64,000 bases of DNA from an uncultured Candidatus Rokubacteria bacterium (GTDB lineage Bacteria; Methylomirabilota; Methylomirabilia; Rokubacteriales; CSP1-6): NCBI GenBank assembly GCA_963762145.1, contig CAVXJS010000009.1:736001-800000 (forward strand), read 5' to 3'. Position numbers and translations under genes: made by a program. Position 1 is the stretch's first letter, and each line of letters begins with the position of its first letter. Of this stretch, positions 46,297 through 55,417 are shown piece by piece. The notes beneath the pieces are model-generated. The model made no database searches. It was not told the origin of the DNA and worked only from the letters and a program-made list of their open reading frames with translations.

Positions 46297-48186
46297 CTAA
46301 TCTTGAGGAACGGTCATGATGATCTGCGTCTCACCGCCCACCTTCAGGAGGGCGTTGCTGTACCGGACCACCGACGCCATGATCGTCGGCTGGGTGGCGT
46401 CCTCGGTCTTGTAGGACCCGAGACAGGTGATGCCGCCCTCGAAGCCCGAGGCGATCGACTGCAGCCGGAAGCCGGCCGGCCCCTTGAAGACCACCGCGAG
46501 CAGGCCCTCTCGCACGAGATTCTGGGGCACGATCAGCTCGTCCACCCCGTCGCCGTCGAGATCGACCGCGAGCGGGGTCGGCTCGATCTTGAAGAACTTG
46601 CTGCGGTCGACCCGGGAGCTCTGAATCGCGCCGAACAGCTCGATCGTCATGTAGCCGCCGCCGACCGAGGTGGAGGAGCGCCACAGCTCCTCGCCCTCGT
46701 TCGCGATCTGCAGCCGATTCCACTCGTCGATGTAGGCGAGCGCGCGCGTGTCCTTGCCCATCACGTTGGAGAAGGCGGCGCCCATGGGCCGGAAGGAGCC
46801 GGGCACGCGCACCGCCTTCTCGACGCTGAGCTTGCCGTTCTTCAGGATCATCTGGTCGGCCTGTCCCGGCGTGAAGAAGTTCTCACCGCTGTAGCGCTGG
46901 CTCCACAGCGTCTGCTTGACGCCCTCGCCCTTGAGGTCCACCGCGAACAGGAAGTCGGACACGTACTCGATCATCGTGAACGGCTTGCCGTCCTTGGAGG
47001 AGATGACGAAGCCGTTGAGCCCGACCTTGGGCGCGTACCGGTTACCGATCACCTCCAGGGTGCCGTCGCCGTCCAGGTCCGCGAGCTGCAGCGAGAACAC
47101 CTTACCCAGGCTGCGCATCGACTTGCTCCACTCCGGCTCGACCTTCTGGTTCACGATCCGGTACATGTAGATCTGCTCGCCGTCGCTCACCACCATGCGG
47201 GGAATCTTGTCCTTCGGAGCGACCGCGAGATCCATGGCCAGCACCGCGAAGTTGAACTTGGCCACTTCCCGGAGAGGCAGCGAGCCCTCGCCGGACGAGT
47301 AGCTCCCGGCCTCGAGGTCGCCACCCAGGAGCCGCTGCAGCAGCGTGCGCTGCTTGGCCTGGGGCGGGTTCGCGGGGCCCCCCTGGGAGAACCGCGGGCC
47401 CGGATTTGCGGCCCGCAAGGTCGACGGGGGAACGAAGAACGACGTCGTGACCGCGGCATCCGCACTGGGAGCCGCGAAGAACCGCACGTCCATGAACGGC
47501 CTGCCCTGGACCCGGGTGAAGTACACGGCCAGGATGTTGTCCGCCTTGAACCGCTCGGCAGCTTCGCGGACCCCCTTGCCGGCCAGGAAGTCGGCGGCGG
47601 TCAGTCGCTGCTGGGCGATGAACACGTTGATCGTGTCGCCCATGGTCACCTTGAACCGGCCGGTGGCGGCCAGGCGCTCCACCACCTCCTGGGTCGCGGT
47701 CTCGACGAGCGTATCCTTCACGCTTCCCAGGAGGGGCAACAGCACGATGTTGACCTTGGCGGAGGAGACCCGGAAACGGTCGCCCGGCTTGATCTCGGCT
47801 CCCGACGGCGGGGTCGCGACCGCGAGGCTCTCCTGCGCCTGCGTGATCCGGGCGAGGCCGAGCGCATCCTCCGCCCGGCCAAGCATCTCACCGGTCCGCG
47901 GATGCTTGATCTCCCGTCCCTCGCGAAAGAGCTCCACCTCGAGGCCGACGCGGGCTCCTGCCTTGCTCCCCGTTCCGAGGGTGAGCGCCCCGGGACGGAC
48001 CTCGAGCACTTCACCCTCGAACCTGGGGAAGAGGTCGAGGAGCTGCTCCACCAGCGCGGTCATCGGAGCCGAGGTGACAGGCCCCGGGGGCGGCGCCGGC
48101 GCGGCCGGCGACTGAGCCGCCGCGCTTCCCGCCGCGAACACGGCCAGGAGCAGTAGCGGAGCGACCTCGCGAAGACGTCTGCGCAT
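46297..48186 (-). CDS. Exported protein with FlgT-C-like N-terminal domain and FG-GAP/VCBS-repeat propeller
   Basis: Signal peptide; HPRTGEMLG; DLDGDGTLEVI and DLDGDGVDELI repeats. Confidence 0.7.
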   Translation of the reverse strand: MRRRLREVAPLLLLAVFAAGSAAAQSPAAPAPPPGPVTSAPMTALVEQLLDLFPRFEGEVLEVRPGALTLGTGSKAGARVGLEVELFREGREIKHPRTGEMLGRAEDALGLARITQAQESLAVATPPSGAEIKPGDRFRVSSAKVNIVLLPLLGSVKDTLVETATQEVVERLAATGRFKVTMGDTINVFIAQQRLTAADFLAGKGVREAAERFKADNILAVYFTRVQGRPFMDVRFFAAPSADAAVTTSFFVPPSTLRAANPGPRFSQGGPANPPQAKQRTLLQRLLGGDLEAGSYSSGEGSLPLREVAKFNFAVLAMDLAVAPKDKIPRMVVSDGEQIYMYRIVNQKVEPEWSKSMRSLGKVFSLQLADLDGDGTLEVIGNRYAPKVGLNGFVISSKDGKPFTMIEYVSDFLFAVDLKGEGVKQTLWSQRYSGENFFTPGQADQMILKNGKLSVEKAVRVPGSFRPMGAAFSNVMGKDTRALAYIDEWNRLQIANEGEELWRSSTSVGGGYMTIELFGAIQSSRVDRSKFFKIEPTPLAVDLDGDGVDELIVPQNLVREGLLAVVFKGPAGFRLQSIASGFEGGITCLGSYKTEDATQPTIMASVVRYSNALLKVGGETQIIMTVPQD

Positions 48187-48944
48187 CACTCCCTCGGCGA
48201 GACCCCCTCGATGTTGGAGCGGTCGGACCCGCGCCGGCGCTCCCAGCCCACCACGGCCTTGAAGGTCGTGGGCTGCGGCGGATGCTGGATGACGACGTAG
48301 ACCCAGTCCGCGAACGAGGGGTTCGAGTTCTCCCCCACAATGGCCGCGATACCCTGTCCGAGCCCCGTCGACCGGGACAGATAACGATCCCACAGAGTCG
48401 GGCCGCGATCCTCATAGAAACGCAGCAGCGGCAGCGGATAGGTGACGACGGTCTGCGGGATGGGTGACCCGGTCACGCGATACGGCACGTAGTACCGGAG
48501 CGCCGGGGACTCCCCGCTGCCGACCGGTACCCCCTGGAGGGCGACGTGCACGGCTTCCTGGGTCCGGATGGTCGTCGGAGCGATCACCCAGACGCTCCGC
48601 TCACCCGGATTCCCCTGCCAGACCACCTCGTCCCACCGCCGGGAGCCTTCGGCCGGCTTGACCTCGGCGATGACCTTGACGGCCCGGAACGACCCGGCCA
48701 GAGCTTCCCAGCCGTAGCGGAGGCTGCGGTCGAACAGCAGGGCTCCCTCCGGGACCTTGGCCGTGTCGAGCGCCCGGCCCAGGCGCTCCATCACCAGCTC
48801 GCCCGAGCCGGTACCGATCGGCCCCTCGAGATAGTGGACGAAGCTCTCGCGGTACATGCTGGTCACCTGCAGCCGGTACTCGGCCGCCCCGGCCGGGCCC
48901 ACCAGGCCCAGGGCCACGGCCACTCCCAGCAGAGCCTTCCACAT
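48186..48944 (-). CDS. Hypothetical exported protein
   Basis: Signal peptide MWKALLGVAVALGLVGPAGA; stop overlaps the next start. Confidence 0.65.
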   Translation of the reverse strand: MWKALLGVAVALGLVGPAGAAEYRLQVTSMYRESFVHYLEGPIGTGSGELVMERLGRALDTAKVPEGALLFDRSLRYGWEALAGSFRAVKVIAEVKPAEGSRRWDEVVWQGNPGERSVWVIAPTTIRTQEAVHVALQGVPVGSGESPALRYYVPYRVTGSPIPQTVVTYPLPLLRFYEDRGPTLWDRYLSRSTGLGQGIAAIVGENSNPSFADWVYVVIQHPPQPTTFKAVVGWERRRGSDRSNIEGVSPRE

Positions 48945-48990
48945 GAGCGTGACTATACGTCGCCCGTCGGATGGCGGCAAGAAACCGTGA

Positions 48991-49026
48991 AAAAACAACG
49001 GGCCCGGGGGTTGCCCCCCGGGCCCG
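48991..49026 (-). terminator. Rho-independent terminator of the porin gene
   Basis: CGGGCCCGGGGG...CCCCCGGGCCCG stem followed by TTGTTTTTT on the minus strand. Confidence 0.85.
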
Positions 49027-49046
49027 AAGCGCTGCGCTCTCGCGAG

Positions 49047-50681
49047 CTAGAACGTGAAGCGGATGCGAGAGGTGATCATCCACGGGTCGTTGGTGTTGCG
49101 CCCCGTGTAGTTCGGATCGGTCACCGCGTCCAGCGCGGGTCCCATGAACATGTAGCCGAACTGGTTGTCCCAGGCCAACCCGGGGGCGAACCGCCAGGAG
49201 ATCTGGGCCATGAGCTCGGTACCGACGAAGCTCTTGTTCTCACGCGGCGCGGCGCCGGTGAACACCGGCGTGATGCCGGAGCCGGCCGTTGCCACGCTAC
49301 CATTGCGATCCACGTTCTCGGCCGTCCAGTGCGCGTTGGCACCACCCATGACGCTCAGCTCGGGGGTGATCGCGTAGGTGGCCTTGGCGCCGAACTGCAT
49401 ACGTCCGTACTTGTCCCAGCCGATGCTCACGCCAGGGTATGCGATCCGGCCGCCAGCCTCGTTCCAGGCGTTGAGGTAGTCAATACCCAGCGACGTGAGC
49501 GAGGTGCCCCAGTCGGCCAGGTAACCCGTGTCCGTCGTCAGCGGCTGGAAGGACCGGGTCGTCCCGAGCGTCGTGTTGCGAGCGGTGTTACCCGTCGTGT
49601 ACATCGCGAGACCCTCGAGGAGCAGCGGTCCGAGCTGGAACCCGCCGCGCACGTCGATGAGCCAGGCATCGAGCTCCGAGTAGTACTTCCTACCCGGCAC
49701 CGCGACCGCGCCGAAGGTCGCCGGCGCGATGATCGCCTTGTTACCGAACTGATACATGATGGTCGGATCGAGGGAGAACGGCCCCATCCGCAGGCGGGTG
49801 TCCAGACCGACCGTGTGACGGTACTCGTTGACGCCACCCCGGACGTCGCCGGTCGGGCTGTATGCGGTGGTGGTGTTGATACCGCCGCGGCCCTGACGGG
49901 CGCTACCGCTCGTGGTGCCCTGCGCGTAGAACGTGGAGATGATCGGCTTGAGGTCCAAGCCCTTGAACGGGGTGATCTCAGGCGCGAAGATGGCGGCGAA
50001 GTCATCACCACGGTTCTGCGAGCTGAGCACGCCGGCTGGAGCGGCCGTCGTGCTGGTCCTCGTGTCCGTCCCGACGAGGGCTTCCTCGACCTGGACGAAC
50101 GTAAGCACCGCCTTCACGTTCGGGGTGATCTGGCTGACGACGTTCACACCGGCGAAGTCACCGGTGGCGTACGCCGCCAGCTTGTAGCTGGCCGCCGCGC
50201 CGAACGGCTGGGCGCCGAGGCGGACCGTGGTCGGCACCGGGATCCAGGGCATCGGGAACTCGACGTACAGCCACTTGACCTCGATGATGCCGCGGGAGTC
50301 CGTGTTGATGTCGAAGCTACCGTCGGTGCCGAAGCCGGTCTGCACCGGAGTGGTGGCGGCGGCGCCGGCAGCGACGAAGGTCGAGTCACTCGACCCGGCC
50401 TGACCATAGATATGGTCGAGCTCGATGCCGAGGACACCCTTGGCCTTGCCGACTTCACCGATGAAGTCGAACCGGCCGCGGGTACGGGCGTACCACATGC
50501 TGTCTTTGCGGTTGAAGACACCGCCGTTGTAGTTCGAGATGTTCTCGGAGTACGACGTGACGTTGTCGATGAGGCCGTTGATGGTCACCTTCGGGGCGGG
50601 CGCCTGGGCGAAAGCCATGGGCGCCGCCAGGGCCACGAGGGCCAAGGCGAGCATCAGGACGGCAAGACTCGTCCTTTTCAT
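49047..50681 (-). CDS. Outer-membrane beta-barrel protein (porin-like)
   Basis: Signal peptide, alternating amphipathic strands, C-terminal RIRFTF beta-signal, GAGGAG SD, own terminator. Confidence 0.8.
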   Translation of the reverse strand: MKRTSLAVLMLALALVALAAPMAFAQAPAPKVTINGLIDNVTSYSENISNYNGGVFNRKDSMWYARTRGRFDFIGEVGKAKGVLGIELDHIYGQAGSSDSTFVAAGAAATTPVQTGFGTDGSFDINTDSRGIIEVKWLYVEFPMPWIPVPTTVRLGAQPFGAAASYKLAAYATGDFAGVNVVSQITPNVKAVLTFVQVEEALVGTDTRTSTTAAPAGVLSSQNRGDDFAAIFAPEITPFKGLDLKPIISTFYAQGTTSGSARQGRGGINTTTAYSPTGDVRGGVNEYRHTVGLDTRLRMGPFSLDPTIMYQFGNKAIIAPATFGAVAVPGRKYYSELDAWLIDVRGGFQLGPLLLEGLAMYTTGNTARNTTLGTTRSFQPLTTDTGYLADWGTSLTSLGIDYLNAWNEAGGRIAYPGVSIGWDKYGRMQFGAKATYAITPELSVMGGANAHWTAENVDRNGSVATAGSGITPVFTGAAPRENKSFVGTELMAQISWRFAPGLAWDNQFGYMFMGPALDAVTDPNYTGRNTNDPWMITSRIRFTF

Positions 50682-50908
50682 TGAGACTTCTCCTCAATCA
50701 GGTGGATGACGTGCATTCCTGCAACGTGTGTGCTTCCTGACTTCCCGCGATACGCGCGACGACGGTACGGCTGGAGAGACGGGTGTTCTTCCTTGTCACC
50801 TCCCAGGAGAAAGAATAGGAAAAGGCTTGACCTTTTTACCGCGAAGCTCGTTTATGGGTCAAGGAAAAAGCCGGCGGGGGTACTTGAAATAAACGAAAAA
50901 TAAAACAG

Positions 50909-51583
50909 CTACTTAGGGTCTGGCCCCATCGCTTTCAGCACCTCATCCGCCCGCTTGCCGAGCATGGAGGCCGGATCGAGGTCCCGCGCAGCCCGGAGGT
51001 GGACCTTCGCCTCCGGCTGCCGCCCTTCCCTCTGAAGCAATACCCCGAGCCAGAAATGGGACGGTACCAGGTTGGGGTCCAGCTGGAGCGCAGCCCGGAA
51101 CGCGTCCTCGGCGTCCCGGCGCCGGTCGAGCGCCCAGTACGCGTACCCCAGATTGTTGTAGGTGGTCTCCGGGCGGTTATAGATGGTCTGGGAGAGTGCC
51201 TTGCGGTACGCGGTGATCGCGTCCTCCCACTTGGCCTGCTCGGCGTAGGCGGAGCCCAGGTTGTGAAACGCGTCGGCATAGGTCGGATCCAGCTCGACCG
51301 CCTTCTGGAATTCGAGCTGGGCGTCCGCGAAGCGGCCGATGTTGAGCATCACCGCCCCGACCGCGTTGTGATAGATCGGATTGCGCGGCTCGATCTCCAC
51401 GGCCTGCCGCAGCGAGGACAGGCCGAGCGAGATGCGGCCCTCCGAGATGCTCTTGACCCCCGCCTCGTAGGACGCGCGGGCCTCGAGCTTGCGAATCTCG
51501 TCCTCGGCCGACGTCGTCGCGCACGCCGGAAGCCACGCGGCCGCGCACAGGGCTAAGACCGATGCGCTCCTTGACACCCTCAT
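50909..51583 (-). CDS. TPR lipoprotein (PilF/PilW-like)
   Basis: Lipobox LPAC; TPR repeats AFHNLGSAY, YNRPETTYNNLG. Confidence 0.75.
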   Translation of the reverse strand: MRVSRSASVLALCAAAWLPACATTSAEDEIRKLEARASYEAGVKSISEGRISLGLSSLRQAVEIEPRNPIYHNAVGAVMLNIGRFADAQLEFQKAVELDPTYADAFHNLGSAYAEQAKWEDAITAYRKALSQTIYNRPETTYNNLGYAYWALDRRRDAEDAFRAALQLDPNLVPSHFWLGVLLQREGRQPEAKVHLRAARDLDPASMLGKRADEVLKAMGPDPK

Positions 51584-51607
51584 GATCGCCATGTATTCCT
51601 TTGTTTC

Positions 51608-51994
51608 ATGCCAACCTACGAATACGAGTGCCCGCGCTGCCCGCGTGTCTTCGAGGTGAAGCAGCGCATCACCGAGCCGGCGCTCGTGACCTGCGAGGTC
51701 TGCGGCGGGCCGATCCACCGGCTGCTGTCGGCGGCCCCCTTCATCCTGAAAGGTGGAGGCTGGTACGTCACCGACTACCCGTCCGAGTCACGCAAGAAAG
51801 GCCAGGAGTCCACCTCGAAGGACTCGACACCGAAGGAATCCGCGGGAAAGGAATCGGCGTCGAAGACGGACGGTGGCAGCGCCGAATCCAAGCCGGCGGC
51901 GTCATCGGAGAGTAAGTCTAGCACGGACGGCAGCAGCGGCTCCCCTTCCTCCGGCACCAAACCAGCCGCGGGAAAGCCGGCCGCCAGCTCCTGA
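51608..51994 (+). CDS. FmdB-family zinc-ribbon protein with Ser/Lys-rich tail
   Basis: MPTYEYECPRC...FEV.Q.I.E...CEVCGG...FILKGGGWYVTDY. Confidence 0.9.
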   Translation: MPTYEYECPRCPRVFEVKQRITEPALVTCEVCGGPIHRLLSAAPFILKGGGWYVTDYPSESRKKGQESTSKDSTPKESAGKESASKTDGGSAESKPAASSESKSSTDGSSGSPSSGTKPAAGKPAASS

Positions 51995-52002
51995 GAGGCG
52001 CG

Positions 52003-52791
52003 TCACCCGACTCGGGTCACGCGCACGATCGTGCCGCGGCGCGCAGTCAGATGGTCCCGTGCGCTGCCGGCCTTCACGAAGATCTCCAGCCGTCCCGTCG
52101 AGCCGACGATGAAGGCCGGCTCGCCATCGGCGCCCTCGTGGTAGGCGTCCACGGGCCCAGGCACGCGACGCCCCCCCACCTCCACCACCACCCCGCCGAC
52201 CCCGGGAACCTCGTCGAGCCGCGCGGCCGGGATGGAGGTCAGGAGGTTGCCGAAGCGATCGGCGTCGAGCACCTCGCCGATCAGCCCGGCGCCTTCCAGG
52301 CGGCAGCCGGGACGGCGGAGTCGCTGCGGGTCGGCAACCACCGGGCCGAGGCGCTCCAGCGGAACGCCCGAAGCCAGATAGGCCGCGGCGGGCGCGAAGA
52401 CGTCGCGGCCGTGAAACGTCCGGCTGACCTCGGGCAGGCGGTACTCCGGCGCGGTGAGCGATACCGCCGTCCAGCCTGAGCCCTCGAGCGCCCAGGTGAA
52501 CAGGCCGTTGTCCGGCCCGACCAGGAAGGACCCGCCCGCACGGACGGCGATTCCCCGGCGGCCGGTCCCGACGCCCGGGTCCACCACCGCCAGATGAACC
52601 GTCCCCGCGGGGAAGAACGGGGCCGACGCCTCCAGCGCGAGCCCGCCGGCGAGAACGTCCTGGGGAGGGACCTCGTGGGTGAGATCCACCAGCCGGGCCG
52701 AGGGACAGATGGACAGGATCACCCCCTTCATGATCCCCACGAAGGGGTCGCGCAGCCCGAAGTCGGTGGTGAGGGTGATCAGGCCCGGCAA
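52003..52791 (-). CDS. SAM hydroxide adenosyltransferase (DUF62 / fluorinase-like family)
   Basis: ITLTTDFG, DLTH, VVDPGVG, GPDNG, SRTFHGRDVFAP, DRFGN. Confidence 0.9.
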   Translation of the reverse strand: MPGLITLTTDFGLRDPFVGIMKGVILSICPSARLVDLTHEVPPQDVLAGGLALEASAPFFPAGTVHLAVVDPGVGTGRRGIAVRAGGSFLVGPDNGLFTWALEGSGWTAVSLTAPEYRLPEVSRTFHGRDVFAPAAAYLASGVPLERLGPVVADPQRLRRPGCRLEGAGLIGEVLDADRFGNLLTSIPAARLDEVPGVGGVVVEVGGRRVPGPVDAYHEGADGEPAFIVGSTGRLEIFVKAGSARDHLTARRGTIVRVTRVG

Positions 52792-52795
52792 AGGC

Positions 52796-53797
52796 CTAGC
52801 GGTCGCGATCGGCGACGAAATCCGCGACCAGGAGCAGCGTGTCCTTGTCGTCCGACCTCGGGAAGGACCCGAGCGCGTCCTTCGCGCTCCGGACATACTC
52901 GTGGGCCCGCTCGAGCGCGTACTCCACGCCCGCGTGCTTCACCACCAGCCGGCGGATCTCCTCGATCTCGTCGGGAGAGAGGGCGCGCTGCTTGAGCAGG
53001 GCGTGGATCCGGTCCCGGTCCGCCGGCCCCGCCCGCTCGATGGTCGCGATCAGGGGCAGCGTGCGCTTGCCTTCCTTCAGGTCGGCGCCGACCGCCTTGC
53101 CGAGCCGTGCCTGATCCGCGACGAAGTCGAGTGAGTCGTCGCTGATCTGGAACGCGATGCCGATGTCGAGCCCGTAGCGCGTCAGGCCCTCCACCTGCTC
53201 CGGGCTCGCCCGCCCCAGGAGGGCGCCGATGCGGCAGCAGGCCGACATGAACGACGCGGTCTTCTGGGTGATGATCCGGAGGTAGTCGGCCTCGCCGGTG
53301 CTGCCGCTGCGCTTGCGCTCGAGCTGGAACACCTCGGCCTCGGTCATGGACACGGTGGCGCGGGCGAGCGTCTCGAGCACGCCGGGGTCGCCGTCCTCCA
53401 CCATCAGGGCGAAGGACTTCGAGTAGAGATGGTCGCCCACCAGGATCGAGGCGTCATCGCCCCAGCGGGCATTGGCGGACGGCCGGCCCCGACGCAGCGG
53501 CGCCTGGTCCACGACGTCGTCGTGGATGAGGGTGGCGGTGTGCAGGAGCTCGACGACGCAGCCCATCCGGATGGCGCGCGGCCCCTGGTAACCGGCCAGG
53601 CGGGCCGCGATGAGGAGGAGGATCGGGCGGAGCCGCTTGCCTCCCGCTCCCGCGATGAACTCCCCCATCTCGTGGATGAGCGGGACGGGCGACTCGATCT
53701 CGCGCCCGATGGCGGCCTCGATGGCGCCGAGCTCGGCCCCGATCGCGACCGCAACGCGATCCTTCAACAGAGCTTCGAGCGGAGTGGGCGCTTTCAC
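52796..53797 (-). CDS. ispB: Polyprenyl diphosphate synthase
   Basis: GGKRLRP, LIHDDVVD..LRRG, FQISDDSLD, DLKEGKRTLP. Confidence 0.9.
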   Translation of the reverse strand: MKAPTPLEALLKDRVAVAIGAELGAIEAAIGREIESPVPLIHEMGEFIAGAGGKRLRPILLLIAARLAGYQGPRAIRMGCVVELLHTATLIHDDVVDQAPLRRGRPSANARWGDDASILVGDHLYSKSFALMVEDGDPGVLETLARATVSMTEAEVFQLERKRSGSTGEADYLRIITQKTASFMSACCRIGALLGRASPEQVEGLTRYGLDIGIAFQISDDSLDFVADQARLGKAVGADLKEGKRTLPLIATIERAGPADRDRIHALLKQRALSPDEIEEIRRLVVKHAGVEYALERAHEYVRSAKDALGSFPRSDDKDTLLLVADFVADRDR

Positions 53798-53816
53798 CGA
53801 AGAGGGGAGGCGCCGG

Positions 53817-54545
53817 CTACCGGAGCACCACCCGGTCCTTGACCTGAACCTGCACCCCCGCGGCGGCCTTCTGCACCTCGACCACCGAGAACTTGTCCTG
53901 GACCTCCACCACCCGCCCCGACGCCACCTCCTCGTCGAGCTCGCCGAGCAGCTCGCCGGTGATGGGGTGGACGATGGCGACCTTGTCCCGGCGAACGCTC
54001 ACTCCGGTGCCCAGCTTGACCCCGTCGCTCGCGGCCAGGTCGATGATGACGCGCGAGGTGTCGACGAACACGACGTAGCCGCGCGTCGCCGACTGGGTCG
54101 CTATCCGGCTGGGCGCGTCGGTGCGGGTCGTGCTCGACACCGCCGCCGCCGTGCTCCGGTTCGTCGGGACCGTCGGCACCACGTTCTCCACCTTGTAGGC
54201 CCCGCCCTGCCGGGGGCTGATGCGCCCGCCCCCGGGCGGAGCCCCGTACTTGGCCACGACGTCGGGTGAGGCGATGAGGGTGGACTCGCCGAAGATGAAG
54301 GACTTCACGGTCGTGGGGACCTTGTCCTCCTCGACCCAGACGTACTCCGGCTCGCTGGCGATGTCGCAGCACCGGGGATTCTTGATCAGGAGCCACTTGG
54401 GCTCAGCCGGACGGAGGGTGACCGACGGATCAGGGGGCGCGGTGAGCCCGACGTACTCTCGCCAGTTCCGGCCGCCGCACCCCGACACCGCGATCACGAT
54501 GAAGACAGCCAGGACAAGCAAGTGCCCGCGCCGGAGGATGGTCAT
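53817..54545 (-). CDS. Lipoprotein with C-terminal FlgT-C-like domain
   Basis: Lipobox VSGC; VIIDL...DGVKLG...HPITGELLG...KDRV. Confidence 0.65.
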   Translation of the reverse strand: MTILRRGHLLVLAVFIVIAVSGCGGRNWREYVGLTAPPDPSVTLRPAEPKWLLIKNPRCCDIASEPEYVWVEEDKVPTTVKSFIFGESTLIASPDVVAKYGAPPGGGRISPRQGGAYKVENVVPTVPTNRSTAAAVSSTTRTDAPSRIATQSATRGYVVFVDTSRVIIDLAASDGVKLGTGVSVRRDKVAIVHPITGELLGELDEEVASGRVVEVQDKFSVVEVQKAAAGVQVQVKDRVVLR

Positions 54546-54603
54546 GACGTCCCACAGCATACCAGAAGCCCCCCTCATATCGGTCGTGCCTCGGGGGGGT
54601 GGC

Positions 54604-55416
54604 TCAGTCGATCGGAACAGGCTCCCAGGGGAACCGCTGCTCGGCCGTGTTCTCGGTCCGGGTCAGGGCCGCCCGCCGGGAGAACAGGGCCGTACCGGTC
54701 ACCGCGGAGATCCAGGTGATGTCCAGATAGGTCACCCCCCGCCGCTCGATCAGCATGGGAACCAGCCAGCCCGAGACCTCCAGGGCCCTCCCGGACGCCC
54801 TGGCCTTGTCCGGACTGACCAGCAGCTCCTCGCTGCGGGTCTTCTGGCTCAGCAGGTGCTCCTGCACCAGGGTGGGGTCGGCGACCTGGAACCGCTTCGT
54901 CTGCTCCAGGGCGTTGGCGAGCATGAAGGGCACCCGCCGCAGGTCCGCGTTGGCGGCCTTGGTGAGGTCGGTGGCCGGCGCCACCGCGACGCGGATCCGA
55001 CCCTTGGTGATGCGCACCCCGTCCTCGGGCTCGGGCGTCGGCTTGCCGCCGGCCGGCACGAAGAGCGCCTCGGTGTACTGCGGGTGCAGGCGAACGATCT
55101 GGGCGTAGCCGAGGACGTCCTCGTAACGCCCCAGCGGCCGGCCGTTGATCGGGTGCCGGAAGGCCTCGCCCTTTCGGAAGACCGAGTACTCCTGCCCGGG
55201 CTGCACCCCGCTCTTCTCCGTGAGATCGATGAAGAGCCGGTCACCCTCGGCCGCGACCACGAGGCCTTCCGCGGGCGGAAACGCGCTGACCACGTCCTGG
55301 ATCAGGAGGCCGAAGGTGGCGCCGACCTGATCCGCGGTCCCCGCCCCCGCCGGCCCCGCCAGCAGGACGACGAGCAAGGGCAGCGCGATCAGTCGCCTCC
55401 AGGGCATCGATCCCAT
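54604..55416 (-). CDS. Exported protein with FlgT-C-like and CsgG/FlgT-M-like domains
   Basis: Signal peptide; FPPAEGLVV...FIDL..GVQPG..FRHPINGRPLG; LEQTKRFQV. Confidence 0.65.
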   Translation of the reverse strand: MGSMPWRRLIALPLLVVLLAGPAGAGTADQVGATFGLLIQDVVSAFPPAEGLVVAAEGDRLFIDLTEKSGVQPGQEYSVFRKGEAFRHPINGRPLGRYEDVLGYAQIVRLHPQYTEALFVPAGGKPTPEPEDGVRITKGRIRVAVAPATDLTKAANADLRRVPFMLANALEQTKRFQVADPTLVQEHLLSQKTRSEELLVSPDKARASGRALEVSGWLVPMLIERRGVTYLDITWISAVTGTALFSRRAALTRTENTAEQRFPWEPVPID

Positions 55417-55417
55417 C

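Noticed and set aside
52003-52791. True fluorinase/chlorinase
   Set aside because: The FHGRD motif and housekeeping context fit the common DUF62 SAM hydrolase; no halometabolite cluster nearby
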